Of a stretch of DNA of 64,000 nucleotides, positions 9,951 to 19,265 are shown piece by piece (within the stretch, counting starts at the first letter, position 1; every line of letters begins with the position of its first letter). A program made the position numbers and the translations under genes. Source of the stretch: an uncultured Fibrobacterota bacterium (lineage in GTDB: Bacteria; Fibrobacterota; Chitinivibrionia; Chitinivibrionales; CAYFVL01); assembly GCA_964419255.1 (NCBI GenBank), contig CAYQOU010000003.1, positions 1,417 through 65,416 on the forward strand, in the 5' to 3' direction. The notes beneath the pieces are model-generated. The model worked only from the letters and a program-made list of their open reading frames with translations. It was not told the origin of the DNA and made no database searches.

Positions 9951-10580
9951 ATGACCACACTGATTGACCTGAGCCAGAAGATCCAGCATTCCATGCCGGT
10001 ATATCCGGGCGACAGCCCGGTGAATCTGTCCCGGGATCGCTCCCTGCACACAGACGGCTATACCTGCTTTCGGTTGGAATCGAACACCCACGCTGGAACT
10101 CATATCGATACCCCCATGCATCTTACCCAAAGCGCCAGCTATGTTCTGGATTATCCTCTCGAAAAATTCTTCGGACGGGGATGTCTGCTGGATGTGCGTG
10201 GAGAGGAGAGGATCGGGTATGCAGAGGAATATGAAGAGATAGTACAGGAAGGCGATATCGTGCTTGTCTTCACCGGGCGGGGGGAAACATTTTTGGACAG
10301 GGATTATTTCAAGAATTATCCCGTTATGGAAGAATCTCTCGTACGATTTCTGATCACGCGCAACATTAAGCTGCTTGGTCTCGATTCCCCATCTCCCGAC
10401 AGGTACCCCTTTGACATCCATAAGATCCTGTTTGAAAGTGGTATTCTGATTATCGAGAACCTGACAAATCTGGATGCCCTTCTCTCGGCAAAATCTTTCG
10501 AAATTATGGCCTTTCCCCTGAAAATCAGGGCTGATGCATCGCCGGTGCGTGTCGTGGCGCGGATGGAGAACGCGGGGTAG
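9951..10580 (+). CDS. Putative cyclase / arylformamidase (kynurenine formamidase) family protein
   Basis: HxGTHxDxPxH metal-binding signature (THAGTHIDTPMH). Size of 209 aa is typical of the family. Confidence 0.75.
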   Translation: MTTLIDLSQKIQHSMPVYPGDSPVNLSRDRSLHTDGYTCFRLESNTHAGTHIDTPMHLTQSASYVLDYPLEKFFGRGCLLDVRGEERIGYAEEYEEIVQEGDIVLVFTGRGETFLDRDYFKNYPVMEESLVRFLITRNIKLLGLDSPSPDRYPFDIHKILFESGILIIENLTNLDALLSAKSFEIMAFPLKIRADASPVRVVARMENAG

Positions 10581-10749
10581 TCACATACCTTTTCGCCACG
10601 GCGGTTCTCGTTTGTACCGCGGTTTTCCAAGCCCGCCATTGCCGATAATTGCACCAGAAGAATCTGATGGAAAAAGAAACAATTCCCATTTCTGGTACAC
10701 TATATGCTCCAAAAATTATTACTCGAACTCCTCTGATATAGAAAAAAGA

Positions 10750-11469
10750 ATGGTTTTTATGAATAGAGTCTCCCGACAACTGCTTCTTGCCTGGGGCATC
10801 GCGATGCTGAGTTGCGCAAGATACTTGGAAATGGGAAATTACAACCTGTCTATCTATCAGGATCTCCATTATAAAAAAGAAACGGTAAATAAGGAGAACA
10901 TGATCGTGGACCTGAATATAAAAGATCGGGACTGGGATCCCAAGAGACCCAACAAACGGGTCGGCTGGTGTGCGGAGGCCTGTATTCAGATGGCAATGGG
11001 GTATTACGGGGTGGAAATCACGCAAAAGGAGGTCAACAAGGCGGGCTCGCCTCGTCATGCGGACCTTTACATGGATGATATCGATGAAGCGCTTAAAAAC
11101 CTTTCGGTACATTTTGTCGCCTGGGACTATAACATACGAAATCTGGATGAGTTTATCGTATGGATCAAATCGATGCTCGAGAGAGGCTATCCGGTCATTT
11201 CGGGCGTAAAGATCTATCCCGACAAGTACCGTCGCTGGTTTCTGGATCATTTTGTTCTAGTGGTAGGCTACAGTAAAGAGGGGCTTCTCATTAATACCAA
11301 TATCAAAGGACAGCAGCTTATTTCGTATTCGCAGTTGAAATCATACAATCGGGGTTTTGCCATTAAAAACAGACACGATCGGTATTACGCACGCGCCATA
11401 ATCGGCCTGTCCAAGAAAAGCACTTCAGTTTCCGCCACCGACAGGTTATCGGGATTTACAATCGAATGA
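10750..11469 (+). CDS. Secreted C39-like (Peptidase_C39_2-type) papain-fold cysteine peptidase
   Basis: Signal-like N-terminus (MVFMNRVSRQLLLAWGIAMLSCA). Nucleophile context GWCAEACIQMAMGYYGVEITQKEVNKA and His context DHFVLVVGYSKEGLLINTN. The track ORF starts at 10534 and overlaps the previous gene, so I prefer the ATG at 10750. Confidence 0.65.
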   Translation: MVFMNRVSRQLLLAWGIAMLSCARYLEMGNYNLSIYQDLHYKKETVNKENMIVDLNIKDRDWDPKRPNKRVGWCAEACIQMAMGYYGVEITQKEVNKAGSPRHADLYMDDIDEALKNLSVHFVAWDYNIRNLDEFIVWIKSMLERGYPVISGVKIYPDKYRRWFLDHFVLVVGYSKEGLLINTNIKGQQLISYSQLKSYNRGFAIKNRHDRYYARAIIGLSKKSTSVSATDRLSGFTIE

Positions 11470-11481
11470 CAGTAAAGAACA

Positions 11482-11539
11482 CGCCAGGCTCCATTGTATT
11501 GAACACCGATCGGGCGCCTTGACAATGGAGCCTTGGCGT
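11482..11539. terminator. Long imperfect inverted repeat between convergent genes (bidirectional terminator candidate)
   Basis: The arm cgccaggctccattgt (11482-11497) pairs with acaatggagccttggcg (11522-11539), with one bulge. It lies between the stops at 11469 (+) and 11543 (-). Confidence 0.5.
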
Positions 11540-11542
11540 CTG

Positions 11543-12952
11543 TCATTGTCCCGCGTCGAGATATGTCATCCTGCTGTCTTTTGACCAGTTTCCATTCAGT
11601 GCGGTTCTTTTCCAGACATAATTGGTCCGTTTTTCTATCTTACCCTTGTCATTCAACTGCACTACATACATTGAATCATATATCCAATCCCCTGTCTCGA
11701 GGTCCATAATCTCCGTAGTAATGATGGTGCTGTCGGAGTCGCCTCTTTCTCTGAAATGTACCAGTGGAAGCCATCTCTTTTTCTCCTTGTCATAGTACTG
11801 CTCTGCTTTGATCTTTATGCCGCACGAGGTGAGAGTATCGAAAGAGCGCACCTGTTCCCACTCTTCAGACTCGGCAAAATAGCCCCACTCAGTGGCTTTT
11901 TTGTCGGTAGAAATGTTGCAACGCTGATTTTCGTAATATAATAATTCCCACCTGCCTGTCGACCCGTCATATGTGAAGGTCGATTCCGCAATGGTAAATT
12001 GGTTCTGGTGCAGATGCCCTCTTTCCCATTTGTAAAAGGACCCTGATACCGGTTCTCCTTTTTTATCATAGCTTTTGTACATAACTCTGTGGCGAAGAGT
12101 ATTCCCGCTGTTATCTCTAAGTTCCGACTCCACATATACTGGAACAGGACGTTTGTTGATCAACTCGACGATACTGTCGTATGCCAGGCCGGCACTGTCT
12201 TTCATACTGAACAGCATTGCCGTGTTAGAAAGCCAGCCCTTTATTGAGCTGTCCCAATAATCGATGGTAAATGTTTGCATTATGCTGTCGCCGACCTGCC
12301 TGTATCGGCAGCGCTCCAAGGTCGTTTGTTTCGAATCTGAGCGCTTTGTATATGTATCCTCTACCCAGTTTGTTTTACCCTGCCAGGTGTTTTCTATTGT
12401 CTTAATTATCAAAACGCTGTCTCTGCCACTGTTGGAAACATCGTAAGACCTGTTGGTCATTTTGACAACTCTTCCCCGCTTATCATAAATAACACTGTCG
12501 CCGGCAACCCAGAAGCTGCGCATGGGATCCCACTGTGCGTTGTAAAGAACCACTCTGTTTCCCGACGCATTCGTCGTATCGATTCTTGCATTTGCTCCTC
12601 CGATTAGCTTCCAGTTACCGGTTTTATCCCACAGGTATATCAGCCCGGCAGTTTGATAGTGAAGATCGTCGTAGAGGAAACGTTCTAACCGATCTTTTTT
12701 CCATCGTAATCCGTTCCACCGCTCATGCAAAATGCCGATGCATTTACCATTTGAATCATGTGTGTGTGTTTGCCGATAATCGCTTGTCCAGCTAAAGCCC
12801 CTCCAGGCATCTTTAAGGATAACCTGCTGTCGGTGCGATTGAGGCAGCTCTCCAATGGCAGGGAGGTTGAGTACCATTAGTAGAGAAAAGATAACTGAAA
12901 GGGCCTGAAGGTTCATGCCGAAAGCAGCAAAGGTATGATAGGATTTTCTCAT
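11543..12952 (-). CDS. Secreted Trp/Tyr/Asp-rich repeat protein, paralog A (unknown function)
   Basis: Hydrophobic signal-like N-terminus. Clear paralogy to 19266-20681, for example ERWNGLRWKKDRLERFLYDDLHYQ vs EKWTGTKWVNDLWERFSYDDLHYP, and DSTIITTEIMDLETGDWIYDSMYVVQLNDKGKIEKR vs DSTIITADLFDVKTGKWTQDSMYIIHLNKHGKIVDK. I recognise no family. Confidence 0.7.
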   Translation of the reverse strand: MRKSYHTFAAFGMNLQALSVIFSLLMVLNLPAIGELPQSHRQQVILKDAWRGFSWTSDYRQTHTHDSNGKCIGILHERWNGLRWKKDRLERFLYDDLHYQTAGLIYLWDKTGNWKLIGGANARIDTTNASGNRVVLYNAQWDPMRSFWVAGDSVIYDKRGRVVKMTNRSYDVSNSGRDSVLIIKTIENTWQGKTNWVEDTYTKRSDSKQTTLERCRYRQVGDSIMQTFTIDYWDSSIKGWLSNTAMLFSMKDSAGLAYDSIVELINKRPVPVYVESELRDNSGNTLRHRVMYKSYDKKGEPVSGSFYKWERGHLHQNQFTIAESTFTYDGSTGRWELLYYENQRCNISTDKKATEWGYFAESEEWEQVRSFDTLTSCGIKIKAEQYYDKEKKRWLPLVHFRERGDSDSTIITTEIMDLETGDWIYDSMYVVQLNDKGKIEKRTNYVWKRTALNGNWSKDSRMTYLDAGQ

Positions 12953-13076
12953 GTCCTTACTCCTGTAATGTTGAGAATTAAATGTGTCGATTCAAATGAT
13001 AATTTATCTGCTACTCTTTCGACCTGCTCAAAGGGAAAGAGTGCCGGGACACATACATGATAGTCTTGTCAGGCAA

Positions 13077-13856
13077 TTACCACTTTGCCAGCCCGATTTT
13101 GAATCCGAATCTGCTTTTATTCTCATATTGCGGGAACCGATAATTAAATTCCGTCTGAATCTGCAGACCATTAAACACCATCATATTATATCCCAATCTC
13201 AGGGCATCTATTTCATAGCCCCGTTCATTTCCAAGAGGGTTGTTTCTGAAACGCTGATCGAAGCGCAGGTGGAGTTGTTGGCCGGCGATGAAGCTGTAGT
13301 AGAAACCGAGTTTCAATTCGGTCTCTGGTGCAAATACATGTTTCGGGCTCGATTCATCATGGGGTGTGGTGGTGTCATCCTCTGCCCAGGCCGTATCCCT
13401 TCCGGTCAACTGTTCAGCCGCCGAAAGGTAAAAACCCATAAACTGCTGATCCGGAGCCAGGTCGAAGTTGACCTCTACACCCGGGCTGGCGTAGAAATAG
13501 TAGTCGTATAATCCTACCTCCACCGTTACATCAAGAGAAAGAGGCAAATGCTTGTAAATCCCGGCTATCGATCCCATAAAAAAACCACCTGATCCTCCAC
13601 TGAAATATCTGTTTCCCTGAACGATTACTCCCATATACCCAGAAATAAAGCTGTTTAATCCCCGGCCTAAAATGGCAGTGCCGGTTGTCTTTGGTCCGAG
13701 TGAGCCGGGACCCAATTCCTGCAACCCAAGTTCAATTGAGAAATAATCGTTGTATTGATCGAAGGTTTCAATAGTGTTGAGTGAATATGCCTTTCCGGCA
13801 TTTGTCAAAATGGTCAGCATAGTGAAAACTGAAATGAGTGTTCTTATTCCGGTCAT
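13077..13856 (-). CDS. Small outer-membrane beta-barrel protein (putative)
   Basis: Signal peptide (MTGIRTLISVFTMLTILTNAGKAYS). Alternating hydrophobic/aromatic strands and a C-terminal aromatic signal (…FGFKIGLAKW). Confidence 0.6.
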   Translation of the reverse strand: MTGIRTLISVFTMLTILTNAGKAYSLNTIETFDQYNDYFSIELGLQELGPGSLGPKTTGTAILGRGLNSFISGYMGVIVQGNRYFSGGSGGFFMGSIAGIYKHLPLSLDVTVEVGLYDYYFYASPGVEVNFDLAPDQQFMGFYLSAAEQLTGRDTAWAEDDTTTPHDESSPKHVFAPETELKLGFYYSFIAGQQLHLRFDQRFRNNPLGNERGYEIDALRLGYNMMVFNGLQIQTEFNYRFPQYENKSRFGFKIGLAKW

Positions 13857-13934
13857 GCGTGTCTCTCCTTTTAGAGGGTTATGTGTGTAATTTTATACCT
13901 ATTGGTATTCTCCGATCATGATGACACAGGCTGT

Positions 13935-16900
13935 TTAATCAGTTGCCTGCAAATCAGCTCCCATATGAGGCTGCGACCGTGCAGGAATACCAAACCATGC
14001 AGTGGAGGAGGGAAGGGTCTCTCCTTTCATCACAAGTGACAAACCATCCAGAACAGTTCCCTTTCTAATGTGGGTATCATAAAGAACCACCGACATGGGC
14101 CCGATGGTCACACTGTCTTCAATATGTAAGTTAGACATCTTCATCACCCTGTCCTCAAACAGGTGGGTCTGAATCGTACAGCCGTAATTAAGCGTCGCAT
14201 TGTCACCGATTCGCACCAGGTCAAACTCGGTGATCTCCGTAGTCTCCATATACACATGCTTTCCGATCCTGCTGCCAAGCAGCCTGAAATAGGCAGGAAG
14301 AAAAGGGGTCCCCTGTATCATTTGCGTAAGCAGCGGGTATACCATATTCTCACACAGTGAGTTGATAAATTCATTTTTCCACAGATACAGGCTCCACAGG
14401 GGAATCTGAACCTGACGGTACCTGCCCACAAGAAGCCATTTAGCCACCACCGTAAGTAGCGCCAGCGCCAGTGATCCTCCAAAGATCACCAGCGGCGAAA
14501 AAAAGATGTACCATCGCAGTAACGCAACCGGTCCCAGAATTTCCGATACAAACCAATACGAGAGAATGTAGCAGCAGCTGGTCAGGGCCGCGGGCATGGT
14601 AATCTTGAAAAACTCGATTAGCCCCCGCAGAACAACCAGATAAGCCGGGGGGTCGAAGGTCAACCGCAGTTTGAATTTTTGACTCTCCTGGCGGTGAGGC
14701 AGAACCATGGGGGGAGAGCCCAGCCAGTTGGTGTTATTGATGATTTTCCGGCACGTGTCCTGTGGAGGTTTGGAAAGAACGCCGACAAGACAGTTGTCGC
14801 CGATGCGCGTGCCGATAGGAATAAGGGCACTGTTACCTATAAAGGAGCGTCTGCCTACTTCGGCTTTACCCACATACATCTTTCCTTTTCTCACAACCGT
14901 CGGGCCGACACTCGCGGAGTCGGCGATGAAACTGCCATCCCCCAGGCTCAACAGATCCGCACTGATATGATCCACGGTAGATATCTCCGCTCGTTTGCCT
15001 ATTTTTGCACCCAACAGCCGCAGCCAGTGCGGAAGATAAATAGTCGCATACAGCGGCTGTACCGTAAACAGACTCATTTGTACCAAAGTATCGACAAGCC
15101 ATTTCCGGATATACGTGATGCTGTATATGTCATAGCAGCTTTCTTTGTCGCAGGGGAATATGAGCTTCTTTATCCCCGCAACTGCCAGACAAAAGGATAT
15201 GGTGTAGGTCGCGGCCATGGGGATGGTGGCCGGAAGCGTATAGGCAAGGCTCGTGTTTACATAAAGATAAAAAGCTGCTACAATCCAGGGTAAAAGAAGG
15301 GCGCAAGGGATTATGACAGCCGATAAAAACGCACAGGCAAAGACTGTCAAATAGAAAATCGAAGCTTTGTTTCGACTCTTCTGCTCGATGTTTTCGGAAT
15401 TATTCGCTGCACCCATTGTTTTAGCCGCAGGGGAGCCCTCCCAGTATTCGCCTTCACCGACTATCATTCCCGAGGGAAGCAGCGCAAGTTCTCCCAGCTC
15501 CGAATGGTCCTTCATGACAGTGTTTTCATCCAGAACGGAACGAGTCCCGACCGTGCACTCTTGTCCTATGGCTATAGATCCGATGTGAAGCATTCCTCTG
15601 GTTACCCGATATGCCATTAGATGAGCATCCGCATTAATGGAGCTATTATCTCCAATAGATACGAGGTCACATACCCGGAACTTGTCAGATCCGATGTGAA
15701 CATTTTTGCCTATTCTTGCACCCATCAGTCTATAATACCAAACCAGAAACGGTGTACCTCGCATCATGCGGGTGGGTACCAGATCCATGAGACGACTGAC
15801 AAACCAGAATCGCAAATAAAAGAAACCCCACAACTTGTATACCCCGCTTTTGTATCGTCCGATCAGGAGCCATTTCGATATTATTGAAACGATCGTGAGC
15901 ACGGGAAGCAGTGCGAGCATTGAGACAAAGGACACCACCGCCCAGGCAACAACCCCGATAGCCGGATTAAACCAGTCGATAACAAAAGGTATGAGAAGCG
16001 GAGTTGAAAAAAGCATGAATATGGGATAAAGTGCGATTGCCTGGGAAGATCCGCAGAGGATAAATCTGAGCCACAGCAGCTTCTGTTCCTGGTCACTTGT
16101 GGCCGATTCTTTCGCCTCAATAGTGTGGGGCTGAAGAGAAAAGTTTTTCTCCACAGCCGCTGCCATCTCCTCTATGGTGCGGTATTGGTACATGTATTGA
16201 AGTGGAAGCTCCCCCATCCCCTGCTGCGTACGCAGCTCTGAAATGATGTTTGCCGCCAGTAAAGAATGGCCGCCGAGATCAAAGAAATTGTCTGTCACGC
16301 TAATGTCTTTACGATCAAAAAACTTTGCCCATGCCGCATGAATAGTTTTTTCAAGCCCGGTGCGCGGCTGCACTAACTTTATTTCCTCCCGCGTTTCCTC
16401 CACCTGAAGAGATGCCAGACGTTTCCGGTCAACCTTGCCACTGGGGAGAACGGGAAGCTCCTCCACCGAACAGAACTTCGAAGGTACCATATAGGAGGGA
16501 AGGAAACTGTTCAGCGCACTTTTCAGCCGCTTTTCATCTATATTCTTTCCTTTCTCCGACACCAAATATCCGACCAGCGATTGAATTCCCTGAGCATTGG
16601 TACTCAAAGCCACCGCCGCCTGAGAGGCATCGCAGGCTTTCACAAGCGCAGCCTCGATTTCACCCAGCTCTATACGCTGTCCCCGGAGTTTGATTTGACT
16701 GTCGATGCGTCCGCCAAACTCTAAGCTTCCGTCAGACGCAAAACGGGCTCGGTCTCCCGAACGGTACAAACGTTGGGGGAAGCCGTTACCTACTGTAAAC
16801 GGAGGCGTTACGAATTTTTTACTGGTAAGCTCCGGTCGGTTGAGGTACTCTCGAGCAAGACAGTGCCCACCGATACAAAGCTCTCCATACATTCCTTCCG

Positions 16901-18542
16901 GGACCGGCTGCAGGTTTCGGTCCAGAATGTATACGGCGTAGTTTGGCGCCGGCTTGCCGATGCCTGGTTTCATTTCCCGTATGCATTCACCACAAGTGGC
17001 TATCACTGTTGCTTCTGTCGGACCATAGGTGTTGTATATCTTCCTTTTACCGTCAAGCCACGGTTCGATGGCTCTCAGATGACACTCTTCACCGCCAAGA
17101 ATAAGTATCCGAACCGATTCCGCCGGCGTCTGCATCATCGATATCTGCGTCGGTACCGTGGAAAAGACAGTGATTTTTTCCGTTTGAAGAAACGTGACTA
17201 GATCCGGCCCGGAAAGCGCTTCCGCTTTGGTGGCGGCAACAAGCACCGCCCCACTGTACCAGGCAAGCCACATCTCCTCCACCGAAGCATCGAAAGATAT
17301 TGAAAAGCCCTGATAGATCCTGTCGCGATTATTCACGCAAAAGAGATTGCTTTCGCCACCAATGAGATTGGATACGGTTTTGTGCATAAGCACAACACCT
17401 TTGGGTTTGCCGGTTGTTCCTGATGTATAGATGATGTACGCCGGATCATCCGGTACCACACCAGTCTCTTCGGGAAGAAGATTGTGGGTGCTAAACGCCT
17501 TCAGACATTCGGGAAAATCTTCCACGCAAACACATTCGCAAGACAGCTGATTTTTATTTTTCAGCTGTGTATCGGTTATGACCAGCCTCGCTTGGGCATC
17601 ATCCAGTATATACCCGATACGCTCGGCGGGAGATCGTGGGTCTATTGGCACGTAAGCCGCCCCAGCCTTGAGAACACCCATGATTGCGATAAAAACATCC
17701 AAAGCTCGGGGAAGCAGGATTGCGATAAAATCACCCGTATTGACGCCATGGGACCTGAGATAGCGTGCCAGAGCATTGGCCTTTATGTTGAATTCATCAT
17801 AGGTGAGTTCGTTTCCCATACAACGCAGAGCAGGATTGTCGCCAAAAGCATTTACGGTGTGCTCGAACAGCTGGTGAAGACACTGCGGTTGCGCAATTAC
17901 AGGGTCGACCAGCGATACACTCCACTGATCTAATGTCTCTTGTTCCTGTCTGGAAAGCAGAGGAAGCAGAGAAATGCTTTGATCGGGCTCAGAAAACATA
18001 TGAGAAAAGAGAATCGAGAAATGTTCCGTCCACCGTTTCAGATAATGGTCGGATGATGTCGAGTCCAGGGAACTGACTATAATATTACCATCGAGAGATA
18101 TCTCAAACAGGGCGGTGATATTTCCAGAGGAATTGTCACCTGAGCTATACAGGCAATAAAACGGCTCAAGAAGTCTGGCTGGTGCAATATTATCGAAATG
18201 CACCCCGTTTATTTCTAAAGCCGATGATACCCTGTCAACAAGGCCGGAGGCGGTGACCTGATCGTCAAGAGGTAGCTCCAGAGAAAACAGCGGGGCCGAA
18301 ATCAGATTTTTTTTAACATGAAGGACTATCTGAAACTGTTCTTCATTTTGATAACGGTAAACAAGCCCCGCAAATGTCGCGATAAGAACAGCATTAAGAG
18401 AAACGTTGTGTTTCTGTGCGTAAAGTTGAGTTGCCGATATGGGGTCGGGGGAAATTATATTGAAATCAAAATCAAAATCGATGGCCTGTGTATCTTTTTT
18501 GTTGATAGCATGGTGTGCGATTTCTGTAATGTGTGCATCCAT
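13935..18542 (-). CDS. Membrane-bound NRPS-like homopoly(amino acid) synthetase, Pls-type (A-T-[2TM + hexapeptide-repeat domain]x3)
   Basis: Adenylation core motifs (YIIYTSGTTGKPKGV, FDASVEEM, NTYGPTE, GELCIGG, YRSGD, GRIDSQIKLRGQRIELGEIE, PSGKVDRK). PCP motif FFDLGGHS (Ser codon 16263-16265). There is no canonical C or TE domain. The C-terminal 700 aa hold three blocks, each with hydrophobic helices followed by a hexapeptide-like domain (RLMGARIGKNVHIGSD…, LRLLGAKIGKRAEIST…, FRLLGSRIGKHVYMETT…). Confidence 0.85.
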   Translation of the reverse strand: MDAHITEIAHHAINKKDTQAIDFDFDFNIISPDPISATQLYAQKHNVSLNAVLIATFAGLVYRYQNEEQFQIVLHVKKNLISAPLFSLELPLDDQVTASGLVDRVSSALEINGVHFDNIAPARLLEPFYCLYSSGDNSSGNITALFEISLDGNIIVSSLDSTSSDHYLKRWTEHFSILFSHMFSEPDQSISLLPLLSRQEQETLDQWSVSLVDPVIAQPQCLHQLFEHTVNAFGDNPALRCMGNELTYDEFNIKANALARYLRSHGVNTGDFIAILLPRALDVFIAIMGVLKAGAAYVPIDPRSPAERIGYILDDAQARLVITDTQLKNKNQLSCECVCVEDFPECLKAFSTHNLLPEETGVVPDDPAYIIYTSGTTGKPKGVVLMHKTVSNLIGGESNLFCVNNRDRIYQGFSISFDASVEEMWLAWYSGAVLVAATKAEALSGPDLVTFLQTEKITVFSTVPTQISMMQTPAESVRILILGGEECHLRAIEPWLDGKRKIYNTYGPTEATVIATCGECIREMKPGIGKPAPNYAVYILDRNLQPVPEGMYGELCIGGHCLAREYLNRPELTSKKFVTPPFTVGNGFPQRLYRSGDRARFASDGSLEFGGRIDSQIKLRGQRIELGEIEAALVKACDASQAAVALSTNAQGIQSLVGYLVSEKGKNIDEKRLKSALNSFLPSYMVPSKFCSVEELPVLPSGKVDRKRLASLQVEETREEIKLVQPRTGLEKTIHAAWAKFFDRKDISVTDNFFDLGGHSLLAANIISELRTQQGMGELPLQYMYQYRTIEEMAAAVEKNFSLQPHTIEAKESATSDQEQKLLWLRFILCGSSQAIALYPIFMLFSTPLLIPFVIDWFNPAIGVVAWAVVSFVSMLALLPVLTIVSIISKWLLIGRYKSGVYKLWGFFYLRFWFVSRLMDLVPTRMMRGTPFLVWYYRLMGARIGKNVHIGSDKFRVCDLVSIGDNSSINADAHLMAYRVTRGMLHIGSIAIGQECTVGTRSVLDENTVMKDHSELGELALLPSGMIVGEGEYWEGSPAAKTMGAANNSENIEQKSRNKASIFYLTVFACAFLSAVIIPCALLLPWIVAAFYLYVNTSLAYTLPATIPMAATYTISFCLAVAGIKKLIFPCDKESCYDIYSITYIRKWLVDTLVQMSLFTVQPLYATIYLPHWLRLLGAKIGKRAEISTVDHISADLLSLGDGSFIADSASVGPTVVRKGKMYVGKAEVGRRSFIGNSALIPIGTRIGDNCLVGVLSKPPQDTCRKIINNTNWLGSPPMVLPHRQESQKFKLRLTFDPPAYLVVLRGLIEFFKITMPAALTSCCYILSYWFVSEILGPVALLRWYIFFSPLVIFGGSLALALLTVVAKWLLVGRYRQVQIPLWSLYLWKNEFINSLCENMVYPLLTQMIQGTPFLPAYFRLLGSRIGKHVYMETTEITEFDLVRIGDNATLNYGCTIQTHLFEDRVMKMSNLHIEDSVTIGPMSVVLYDTHIRKGTVLDGLSLVMKGETLPSSTAWFGIPARSQPHMGADLQATD

Positions 18543-19265
18543 ATGCCAAATCCTTTGTTGCGAAATGTAATGATGGCCTTAAACAGAATCGATAATGAAA
18601 ACTGGCGTATCCTCCGGCAGATCTTTGGAGACAAAGAGAAATGTTCGTTCTGCCGGTGGCGTTTAATAAAAAAACCAGACATAGCTGGTATTAAGTAAAC
18701 CAAATATCGCACCAGAGAGTATGCATCTGGTTTTATTACAGGACATAAATGGTTGACTATAGCGGGTAAGCGGATCAATAGAGAAACCGAATTGGGCATT
18801 GTACCGATTAAAAAGGGCAAATGCTGAATGTAAAAAAGCGCACAATATGAGTGGCGCTATTTCGCCAAAAAAGAATGGCGTGTTTATCATGTCATCGGTA
18901 AAACAAAAGACTTAATCATTTTGAAAAGGATAGGTGTCAAGAAGCATAGAGTTGGGAAATGTAAGTATGCAGAACAGCTGGGGCATTAAAGGAGATCTGT
19001 GTGTTTTGCGCCTTTTTCTCTCAGCACATGAAGCGTGACGGGGTAAAAAAGGCAACTTTCTCGAGGTGCTTTTCTAAGATAGTTTTCTTTTCTAACAGTC
19101 GACCTGCGATACCAGTATATCCGCCAATTCTGAAGGACAAGGAAAACAGTCTGTAAAACGAAAGGTTTACAGAACCAGAGATAAGGGTTTCAGGAAAAAA
19201 TCCTTAGTTTTAAAGTGGATGATAGGTTTTAAACTTAACCTTTATAAAGAATAGTTGATATAAAA

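Noticed and set aside
18485-18520. HH dipeptide near the synthetase N-terminus (IAHHAINKKD) as a possible condensation-domain HHxxxDG active site.
   Set aside because: The spacing is HHx5D with no Gly. Too little sequence follows it for a full C domain. I treat it as degenerate at best.
18318-18890. Three overlapping 75-126-aa ORFs in the AT-rich gap upstream of the synthetase.
   Set aside because: They are low-complexity, overlap one another on both strands and partly overlap the synthetase start. This is the expected noise of an AT-rich promoter region. A small precursor or regulatory peptide cannot be excluded.
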